A stretch of 64,000 nucleotides of DNA from an uncultured Gammaproteobacteria bacterium (GTDB taxonomy: Bacteria > Patescibacteriota > Microgenomatia > UBA8517). The position numbers were made by a program, and so were the translations under genes. The stretch spans positions 9,389 through 73,388 of the forward strand of contig CAYSJW010000033.1 in assembly GCA_964431555.1 (NCBI GenBank), read 5' to 3'. Every line of letters begins with the position of its first letter. Within the stretch, counting starts at the first letter, position 1. This document shows, in pieces, positions 20,572-28,624 of this stretch. The notes below the pieces were generated by a model. The model searched no databases. It was not told the origin of the DNA and was given only the letters and a program-made list of their open reading frames with translations.

Positions 20572-21639
20572 ATGGCTTTAAGTAATAAATATTTATTTGA
20601 GAAGTACAAATTAGTTTCTGACACAATTAAATTGTATCCAAATCAATTTGAACAAGCTTGGGAAGAAATAAAAAATATCAATATTCCGGACGATTACAAA
20701 AAAATCGATAATGTTGTTTTTTGCGGAATGGGAGGATCGGCGTTAGGTGCAAGAATTGTTGAATCTTTTGGGTTTGGAAAACTTAGGGTTCCAATAAAAA
20801 TTGTTAACGATTACAAAATTCCTGCGTATGTAAATCCAAAAACTTTGGTTATTGTTTCTTCTTATTCTGGGACGACAGAAGAAACAATAGAGTCAACCTA
20901 TAAAGCGATTAAATCTAATGCAAAACTATTCGCTATTACAACAGGTGGTAAACTTTCCGAAATAGTGAAAAAAGAAAAAATTCCTGCTTATGTTTTTAAT
21001 CCTCTTTTCAATCCTTCAAACCAACCAAGAATGTCTATTGGATATGCTTTTGGAGCTACTTTAGCAACTTTTAATAAATTAAATTTACTAACGATTTCTG
21101 ATGATGAAATTGGAAATGCTTTAAGAAATAGTTATAAGATTTTAACGGAGATTCAAGAAAATGCTCCAATAAGTAAAAATCTAACACATCACTTTTCTTT
21201 GTCATTAAGAAACAAAATACCAATTATCGTTGCTTCTGAACACCTTTATGGTGCTTCTTATACAATAAAAAATCAGTTTAATGAATCAGCAAAAACATTT
21301 TCGGTTATTTTTGATATTCCTGAATTAAATCATCATTTAATGGAAGGTTTATCCAATCCTAAAGGACAGAAGGAATTGTTTGAATTCATTTTTTTTGAGT
21401 CTGAAAATTACGACGAAAAAATTAGAAAACGATACAAAATAACAGCCGACGTTCTTGATAAAAATAATATAAGTTATTTGTTTTACAATACAAAGTCTAA
21501 AGACTTATTATCTGAAATTTTTGAAGTATTAATTTTTGGATCATACACAGTATACTTTTTAACAAAATTATACAATATAGATCCTCTTGAAATACCATGG
21601 GTGGATTACTTCAAGGAAAAGCTTTCAAAATATTCTTAA
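20572..21639 (+). CDS. bifunctional phosphoglucose/phosphomannose isomerase (archaeal-type SIS)
   Basis: SIS motif GMGGSALGARI. 355 aa. Sits next to pgm/pmm. Confidence 0.75.
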   Translation: MALSNKYLFEKYKLVSDTIKLYPNQFEQAWEEIKNINIPDDYKKIDNVVFCGMGGSALGARIVESFGFGKLRVPIKIVNDYKIPAYVNPKTLVIVSSYSGTTEETIESTYKAIKSNAKLFAITTGGKLSEIVKKEKIPAYVFNPLFNPSNQPRMSIGYAFGATLATFNKLNLLTISDDEIGNALRNSYKILTEIQENAPISKNLTHHFSLSLRNKIPIIVASEHLYGASYTIKNQFNESAKTFSVIFDIPELNHHLMEGLSNPKGQKELFEFIFFESENYDEKIRKRYKITADVLDKNNISYLFYNTKSKDLLSEIFEVLIFGSYTVYFLTKLYNIDPLEIPWVDYFKEKLSKYS

Positions 21640-21694
21640 ATTTTAATGGTTGATTAAAAATTTCTAATAGTTTAGGATTATTTTATATAAAATT

Positions 21695-23968
21695 ATGACT
21701 GCCCATCCATTAATAGCCTTTTTCAAAGATATAGACAAGGGAGATGTAAACCTAGTTGGTGGAAAAGGAGCTAACCTAGGAGAGATGACCCAAGCTGGAT
21801 TTCCTGTCCCAAATGGTTTTGCAATTACTGTTGAATCTTATGATCTTTTTCTCAAGAGAAATGAAATATCGCAAAAAATAAGTAAAATATTAAAGACTGT
21901 TAATGTAAATAATTCTGAAGAACTTGAAGCTGCTTCTAAAAGTATAGAAAAACTGATAAAAACCAGTGAAATTCCTTCTGAAGTAACACACTCAATTATA
22001 TCATCCTATAATAAATTATCAGGTCATTTTAAAAAGGCTCTTGTTGCTGTAAGATCATCAGCCACAGCTGAAGATTTGCCTCAAGCGTCATTTGCGGGAC
22101 AACAAGCAACTTTTTTAAATATTAAAGGTGAAGCGAATTTATTAAATGCTGTAAGAGATTGTTGGGCATCATTATTTACTCAAAGAGCTATTTTTTACCG
22201 TGAACAAAATAAAATTCCTCACGATAAAGTAAAAATCTCAGTAATTGTTCAAAAAATGGTTCAATCGGAAGTATCAGGTGTAATGTTTACAATAGACCCG
22301 GTTACAAATGATAAAGATAGAATCATTATAGAGGCAGTCTGGGGTCTAGGAGAAATGATTGTCCAAGGTTCTGTAATACCTGATACTTACGTTGTTCAAA
22401 AAGAAACATTCGCTATATTATCTAAAGAAATATCCGATCAAAAAGTTCAACTCATTAAAAAGGGTGCTTTAACAATAGAAACAGAAGTTCCTAAAAACAA
22501 AAGAGATCTACAAAAAATTTCAGATGAAGAGATCGTGAAAATAGCCAAAATTGGCTACAAATTACAACAACATTATTATTTCCCTCAGGATATTGAATGG
22601 GCAAAAGAAGGAAAAGATATATTTATTGTTCAAACGCGTCCTGTAACCACAATTAAAGATAAAAAGGTTTCAATAAAAGATAAAGATATAAAAATATCAG
22701 AATTTCCCGTATTATCAGGAGCGGGAGCATCGCCTGGTATTGGTACAGGAACTGTTAAAATACTAAAAAGTCCAAAAGAGATATACAAGGTCAAAGAAGG
22801 AGATGTTTTAGTAGCTAAAATGACTTCTCCGGATTATGTTCCTGCAATGAAAAAGGCTTCAGCTATTGTTACTGATGAAGGAGGACAAACAAGTCATGCG
22901 GCTATTGTATCAAGAGAACTCGGTATTCCTTGTGTTGTTGGAACACAATTTGCAACTCAAAAATTAAAGGAAGGTATGGTTATTACTGTAAACGGCGCAG
23001 ATGGTAATGTTTATATAGGTTCAAAAGTTAAGAAAATATTTAAAGATGAAGAAGAAAAAGAAGATGAAGTATTTCATGGCAAAACCGCTACGAAAGTTTA
23101 CGTTAATTTAGCCGAAGTTGAAAAAGCAAATCAAATTGCAAAAGAAAATGTCGATGGGGTAGGTTTATTAAGAGCAGAATTCATGATAGCCAATATCGGA
23201 ATTCATCCTAAAGAAGCTATAAAAATTAAGAAACAAAATATTTTTATCGAAAAACTTACTCACGACATTGGTGTTTTTTGCAAGGCATTTTATCCAAGAC
23301 CGGTTGTTTATAGAGCTACAGATTTTAAAACAAACGAATATAGATCACTTCCGGGAGGAGACAAATGGGAACCATTAGAAAGTAATCCAATGTTGGGATT
23401 TAGAGGAGCGTACAGATATATATCAAATCCTGATGTATTCAACCTTGAGCTTCAAGCAATTAAAAATGTCAGATCTAAATATCCAAATTTGTACCTTATG
23501 ATTCCATTCGTCAGATCTCCAGAAGAGTTGGCTAAAGTAAGAAGGTTGGTTGCAGCAGAAGGTTTGTTTAAAATGGTTTCATTTAAATTTTGGATGATGG
23601 TAGAAATTCCTACTAACGTAATTTTAATTGATAAGTTTATTGATGTTGGTATTGACGGAGTATCAATAGGTTCGAATGACTTAACTATGCTTATCACTGG
23701 AACTGATAGAGATAATTCTGAAGTGGCAAAAGCTTTTGATGAAAGATCACCAGCAGTTTTATGGGCATTGAGAAGGGTTATTAAACATTGTGTTGCTAGA
23801 GGAATAACAACATCTATTTGCGGACAAGCTCCAAGCGAATATGATGATCTTGTTAAAAAGCTAGTTAAATATGGTATTACAAGTATTTCTGTTAACCCTG
23901 ATTCAATAAATAGAGCAAGAAAACTAATAAAAGATGCAGAAAAAGAGATTGCATTAGGTAAAAAATAA
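21695..23968 (+). CDS. ppsA: phosphoenolpyruvate synthase (PEP-utilising enzyme)
   Basis: ATP-grasp N-domain. Phosphohistidine motif GGQTSHAAIVSRELGIPCVVG. C-terminal PEP-binding TIM barrel. 757 aa. Confidence 0.9.
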   Translation: MTAHPLIAFFKDIDKGDVNLVGGKGANLGEMTQAGFPVPNGFAITVESYDLFLKRNEISQKISKILKTVNVNNSEELEAASKSIEKLIKTSEIPSEVTHSIISSYNKLSGHFKKALVAVRSSATAEDLPQASFAGQQATFLNIKGEANLLNAVRDCWASLFTQRAIFYREQNKIPHDKVKISVIVQKMVQSEVSGVMFTIDPVTNDKDRIIIEAVWGLGEMIVQGSVIPDTYVVQKETFAILSKEISDQKVQLIKKGALTIETEVPKNKRDLQKISDEEIVKIAKIGYKLQQHYYFPQDIEWAKEGKDIFIVQTRPVTTIKDKKVSIKDKDIKISEFPVLSGAGASPGIGTGTVKILKSPKEIYKVKEGDVLVAKMTSPDYVPAMKKASAIVTDEGGQTSHAAIVSRELGIPCVVGTQFATQKLKEGMVITVNGADGNVYIGSKVKKIFKDEEEKEDEVFHGKTATKVYVNLAEVEKANQIAKENVDGVGLLRAEFMIANIGIHPKEAIKIKKQNIFIEKLTHDIGVFCKAFYPRPVVYRATDFKTNEYRSLPGGDKWEPLESNPMLGFRGAYRYISNPDVFNLELQAIKNVRSKYPNLYLMIPFVRSPEELAKVRRLVAAEGLFKMVSFKFWMMVEIPTNVILIDKFIDVGIDGVSIGSNDLTMLITGTDRDNSEVAKAFDERSPAVLWALRRVIKHCVARGITTSICGQAPSEYDDLVKKLVKYGITSISVNPDSINRARKLIKDAEKEIALGKK

Positions 23969-23984
23969 ATTTAATATAAATTAT

Positions 23985-25253
23985 ATGGGAAAAATTCAAA
24001 AAATTTGGTCTAGACAAATACTTGATTCAAGAGGAACACCAACTGTTGAAACAGCTTGTCAGCTTGATAATGGTGAGGTTTCTGTAGCTTCTGTACCCAG
24101 TGGTGCGTCGACAGGTTCATATGAAGCATTGGAGTTAAGAGATGAAGACCCCAAAATGTATTATGGAAAAAGCGTGATGAAAGCAGTAGATAACGTCAAT
24201 AAGGTACTAGGTCCTGGCGTATGGGGTCTAGATGTTACTGATCAGGAAAAAATTGATAAAAGATTAATAGAATTAGATGGAACAAAAAATAAATCAAAAT
24301 ACGGTGCTAATGCAATACTTTCAATATCAATAGCAACTGTAAAAGCTGCTTCTCTTTCTACAAAACAACCTCTTTACCGCTGGATTAACACTTTAGCTAA
24401 AAGAGTAGGAATAAAAGAAGATGTAAAAGTACCAACACCTATATTTAACATGATAAACGGAGGTTTACATGGAGCTGGAAATCTTGATTTTCAGGAATTT
24501 CATGTAATTCCAGCAACATCTAAATCATATTCTGAAGGATTAAGAAGCGGTGTTGAAATATATATGATGTTAGGTAAAGATTTACAAAGAAGAGGTGCTA
24601 TTCATTCAATCGGAGATGAAGGAGGATATGCGCCTAATTTGTTTACAAATGCCGATGCTCTTGAAGTATTGTATGACACTATAAAACAGACACCATACCA
24701 AGTAGGAAGAGATGTCTTTTTTGGATTAGATGTTGCTGCAAGCCAATTTTTCAAAAATGGGGAGTATACTATTAGAGATAAAAGTGATGCCTTAAATGAT
24801 GAAGGACTACTTGAATATTATAAGTATCTTAATTCTCAATACCATTTAGCTGAAATAGAAGATCCCTTTCACGAGGATGCTTGGGATTCCTGGAAAAAGA
24901 TAAATGAAACATTTCAAGGCCAAATGATGATTGTAGGAGATGATCTTTTGGCTACAAATATTGAAAGGTTGGAAAAAGCAATTTCTGAAAAAAGTTGCAA
25001 TGCAATACTGGTAAAACCAAATCAAGTAGGAACTGTTTATGAAACTTTAATGGTTATAAAAAAAGCAAGAGACGCAAATTGGAAGATTGTTACATCACAT
25101 CGCTCGGGTGAGACTACTGACTGGTTTATAGCTGACTTTGCTGTTGGAGTAGGAAGTGAATTTACAAAATTTGGTGCTCCGTCAAGGGGAGAGAGGGTAA
25201 TAAAATATAATAGGTTACTTAGTATTGAAGCAGAAATTAATCAAAACAGATAA
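23985..25253 (+). CDS. eno: enolase
   Basis: SRQILDSRGTPTVE N-terminus. Length and motifs typical of enolase. Confidence 0.95.
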   Translation: MGKIQKIWSRQILDSRGTPTVETACQLDNGEVSVASVPSGASTGSYEALELRDEDPKMYYGKSVMKAVDNVNKVLGPGVWGLDVTDQEKIDKRLIELDGTKNKSKYGANAILSISIATVKAASLSTKQPLYRWINTLAKRVGIKEDVKVPTPIFNMINGGLHGAGNLDFQEFHVIPATSKSYSEGLRSGVEIYMMLGKDLQRRGAIHSIGDEGGYAPNLFTNADALEVLYDTIKQTPYQVGRDVFFGLDVAASQFFKNGEYTIRDKSDALNDEGLLEYYKYLNSQYHLAEIEDPFHEDAWDSWKKINETFQGQMMIVGDDLLATNIERLEKAISEKSCNAILVKPNQVGTVYETLMVIKKARDANWKIVTSHRSGETTDWFIADFAVGVGSEFTKFGAPSRGERVIKYNRLLSIEAEINQNR

Positions 25254-25438
25254 ATAAAATATAAACAATTCACTTATTTATTCTTTAAAAGTATTAAGTT
25301 AAACTTCCTGATTTAATTATTTCTAATTTAAAATTATTCACTTTTTAATATATGAATTTTCTGAAATATACTAATATATAAATATTTTTAAAATTAAATA
25401 TGAAATATGAAGTAAATTAGTTAGTTTTAATTATAAGA

Positions 25439-26059
25439 TTAATTTTTTATGTACCTTCTTATCAAACCGACTACCTTACCTTGAATTTTTACATTTTTTA
25501 CAAAAATTGGACTCATCTTTGAATTAGCCGGTTCTAGTCTTATTCTTGTTGTTTCTTTGTAAAATCTTTTTAAAGTAGCCATACCATTGTCTAATAAAGC
25601 AACAACGATGTCTCCATTATTTGCGCTTTCCGTTTGTTCAATAACAACATAATCACCATCTCTTATTTGTTCTTCAATCATAGATTCTCCTCTTACCTGA
25701 AGAACGTATGTTCTTTTATTGCCAGAAATAAAAGTTGATGGTATAGAGAATGTTGCGTTTGGATCTGTGTAAGGTTCAATTGGTGATCCTGCAGCTATAA
25801 AGCCTAATATAGGGACATCAACAGTTTGAGAAAGATTTATATCATAATTTATTAATTCCATAGATCTTCTTTTTCCTTTATTTCTTTTTAATAAACCTTT
25901 TTCTTCGAGTGTAGTTAGGTGTTCATGAACCGTTGCTAAAGATGAAACTCCTATCGCTTCTGCGATTTTTTTTAATGTAGGTGCTGAACCATATTTCTGT
26001 ATATATTGTTTTATAAAATCTAATATTTGATTCTGTTTTCTATAGATTATTAAAGCCAT
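25439..26059 (-). CDS. lexA: LexA repressor (S24 peptidase)
   Basis: N-terminal wHTH. Ala-Gly cleavage region (GFIAAGSPI). S24 catalytic Ser in GESM and a conserved Lys. The ORF track extends the start to 26089, but MALIIY at 26059 is the more plausible start. Confidence 0.9.
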   Translation of the reverse strand: MALIIYRKQNQILDFIKQYIQKYGSAPTLKKIAEAIGVSSLATVHEHLTTLEEKGLLKRNKGKRRSMELINYDINLSQTVDVPILGFIAAGSPIEPYTDPNATFSIPSTFISGNKRTYVLQVRGESMIEEQIRDGDYVVIEQTESANNGDIVVALLDNGMATLKRFYKETTRIRLEPANSKMSPIFVKNVKIQGKVVGLIRRYIKN

Positions 26060-26076
26060 AATATTAATCTTTGTAT

Positions 26077-26094
26077 AATATTTGTACAAATATT
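26077..26094. promoter_or_regulatory. perfect 18-bp palindrome AATATTTGTACAAATATT in the lexA/uvrB divergent promoter region; candidate LexA operator
   Basis: Palindrome read directly from the sequence. It lies 18 nt upstream of the lexA start and about 60 nt upstream of uvrB. Confidence 0.5.
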
Positions 26095-26155
26095 ACCCGA
26101 ATATGTCAAGAGGCAAATTATAGTTTTTTTGCTGTATAATTATTAAAAATTTATT

Positions 26156-28216
26156 ATGAAATTTAAACTAAAATCATCATTTAAACCTACAAAAGATCAA
26201 CAAAATTCAATAGAAAAATTGGTTGAAAGATATAAAAAAAACATAAAATATCAGGTATTGCTGGGAGTTACTGGTTCTGGAAAAACTTTTACAATTGCTA
26301 ATGTTATAGAAAAGTTACAAAAACCGGCCCTGATAATCTCTCATAACAAAACGTTAGCCGCTCAGCTGTATCAGGAATTTAGAGAATTTTTTCCTGATAA
26401 TGCCGTTTCATATTTTGTTTCTTATTATGATTTTTATCAACCTGAGGCATACATACCATCAACTGATACTTATATAGAAAAGGATGCACAAATTAATGAA
26501 TCAATTGATAAATTAAGATTAGCAGCTACAACTAATATACTAACCAGAAATGATACCATAATAGTCGCTTCAGTTTCCTGTATATATAATATAGGCTCTC
26601 CATTAGAATACGGTCATTTTGTTTTTGAATTCTCACAAGGACAAAAAATTCAAAGAGAACAAATAATCAAAAGATTAATTGACCTTCAATATGAAAGAGA
26701 CAGTTTTAGCTTCAGAAGAGGAACATTTAGAATTATAGGCAATAATATTGATATATATCCAGCCTATCAAGACGAAGCTGTAAGGATAACAATTGATCAT
26801 GATAGAATATCAAATGTTGAGTTCTTTGATCCTATAACGGGTATAATAAATGAAGATAAACTTAAAATTTCAAATTTTATCCTTTATCCTTCAAAGCATT
26901 ATATAACAGACCCTTTAAATCAAAAGGATGCTTTTAGTCAAATAGAAATCGATTTAGAAAAAAGAGTTAAAGAATTAAAAAAACAAGGTAAAAATCTTGA
27001 GGCTTATAGATTAAAACAAAAAGTAACCTATGATTTGGAGATGATTAAGGAAATTGGGTATGTTAAGGGAATAGAAAACTATTCAAGATATTTCGATGGT
27101 AGAAATCCTGGAGATCCTCCTTACACACTTTTGGATTATTTTAATCATCCTTATAAAAATGATTGGTTAACTTTTATAGACGAAAGTCACATTACCTTTA
27201 CACAAATTAAGGGTATGTTTCAGGGAGATCTTTCAAGAAAAAAAATACTAATTGAATACGGATTTAGATTACCTTCTGCATTGGACAATCGTCCTTTAAC
27301 ATTTGATGAATTTTTAAGAAAAATACCTGGTTTTATCGCTACCAGTGCTACACCTTCAAGTTGGGAAGTTAGCATGGCAAATGAATCTGCAAAAAACCTG
27401 CATATTAAAAGAAAAAATCCAGGTGTCGTTGAACAATTACTTAGACCAACGGGTATACCTGATCCGGAAATATTTATAAGACCTACAATTAATCAAGTAT
27501 CAGATGTAATAAAAGAAATAATAAAAGTAAGAAATAAAGGGGAGAGATCATTAATAACTACTTTAACCAAAAAAACAGCAGAGGATCTATCCTCTTATCT
27601 TAAAGAAAAAGGTCTAAATGTCCATTATCTCCATTCAGATATTGAAACACTAGAAAGAACGAATATTCTAGAAGATTTAAGGAGAGGAAATTATGATTGT
27701 TTAGTTGGCGTAAATTTATTAAGAGAAGGTCTAGATCTTCCTGAAGTATCTCTTGTAGCTATATTGGATGCAGATAAAGAAGGTTTTTTAAGAAGTGAGG
27801 TATCTTTAATACAAACAATGGGTAGGGCAGCAAGACATAAAGATGGTAGGGTAATTTTATATGCAGATAATATTACCGGATCAATAAAAAGAGCTATATC
27901 AGAAGTAAAAAGAAGAAGAAAATATCAAATTGAGATGAATAAAAAATATGGTATAATACCATCTTCTATTCAAAAGCCAATTAGAAACAGATTAATAGAA
28001 GATGATAATACAACTGAAATAAATAGATTATTAAACAATAAAAATACACCAAATTATGATTTGGATTTATTAATTAAAGATTATCTTACTCCTATGGATA
28101 AAAAAAAGTTAATAATAAAGTTAAGAAAAGAGATGAAAATTGTTGCACAAGACATGAATTTTGAACTAGCTGCAAAATTAAGAGATAAAATATATGAATT
28201 ATCCGATAACTTATAA
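26156..28216 (+). CDS. uvrB: excinuclease ABC subunit B
   Basis: Walker A GVTGSGKT. Helicase motifs. C-terminal UVR domain (ELAAKLRDKIYEL). Confidence 0.95.
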   Translation: MKFKLKSSFKPTKDQQNSIEKLVERYKKNIKYQVLLGVTGSGKTFTIANVIEKLQKPALIISHNKTLAAQLYQEFREFFPDNAVSYFVSYYDFYQPEAYIPSTDTYIEKDAQINESIDKLRLAATTNILTRNDTIIVASVSCIYNIGSPLEYGHFVFEFSQGQKIQREQIIKRLIDLQYERDSFSFRRGTFRIIGNNIDIYPAYQDEAVRITIDHDRISNVEFFDPITGIINEDKLKISNFILYPSKHYITDPLNQKDAFSQIEIDLEKRVKELKKQGKNLEAYRLKQKVTYDLEMIKEIGYVKGIENYSRYFDGRNPGDPPYTLLDYFNHPYKNDWLTFIDESHITFTQIKGMFQGDLSRKKILIEYGFRLPSALDNRPLTFDEFLRKIPGFIATSATPSSWEVSMANESAKNLHIKRKNPGVVEQLLRPTGIPDPEIFIRPTINQVSDVIKEIIKVRNKGERSLITTLTKKTAEDLSSYLKEKGLNVHYLHSDIETLERTNILEDLRRGNYDCLVGVNLLREGLDLPEVSLVAILDADKEGFLRSEVSLIQTMGRAARHKDGRVILYADNITGSIKRAISEVKRRRKYQIEMNKKYGIIPSSIQKPIRNRLIEDDNTTEINRLLNNKNTPNYDLDLLIKDYLTPMDKKKLIIKLRKEMKIVAQDMNFELAAKLRDKIYELSDNL

Positions 28217-28531
28217 TATAGGTATTTCAAAAGTTAAAAGATCTATACCATAAAACTGGTTTAAAATATTCATCAATGCATAGATTGAAAAAACAATAAA
28301 TATTCCTAAAAATGCGTTTATCAGTTGTCTTTTAGCTTGATCTAGTTTATCTTTTGAACCGCTTGATAATATAATTTTAATTCCACCAAACAACAAAGAA
28401 AATAGAAATAAAATTGAAGCGAACATTAAAGTTATGTTAATAAATGAATTGATCAAACCAGGAATAGTTATATATTCTAAACTTTTAAATTGACCTTTTG
28501 GCAACAAAATTATTTGTTTATTATATTTCAT
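28211..28531 (-). CDS. small 2-TM membrane protein, possibly TrbC/VirB2-like (T4SS-pilin-like family common in CPR/Firmicutes)
   Basis: 106 aa. Hydrophobic helix, then GGIKIILSSGSKDKLDQAKRQLINAFLGIFIVF, which resembles the conserved core of small conjugative-pilin-like proteins. Confidence 0.35.
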   Translation of the reverse strand: MKYNKQIILLPKGQFKSLEYITIPGLINSFINITLMFASILFLFSLLFGGIKIILSSGSKDKLDQAKRQLINAFLGIFIVFSIYALMNILNQFYGIDLLTFEIPIL

Positions 28532-28624
28532 AAATTTATATCAAAATATTTTATCAATTTATAATCCTATTTGCTATAATCTTTTTACCATGGTAAAGCG
28601 ATGGAGGTTTATTAGTGAAATTTT

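Noticed and set aside
25254-25438. 185-nt spacer between convergent eno and lexA examined for terminators or ncRNA
   Set aside because: Extremely AT-rich with no clear GC-rich hairpin. Nothing supportable.
26060-26089. N-terminal extension of lexA (MYKYYTKINI...) in the ORF track
   Set aside because: The LexA wHTH begins at MALIIY. The extension would run across the candidate operator palindrome. Start at 26059 preferred.
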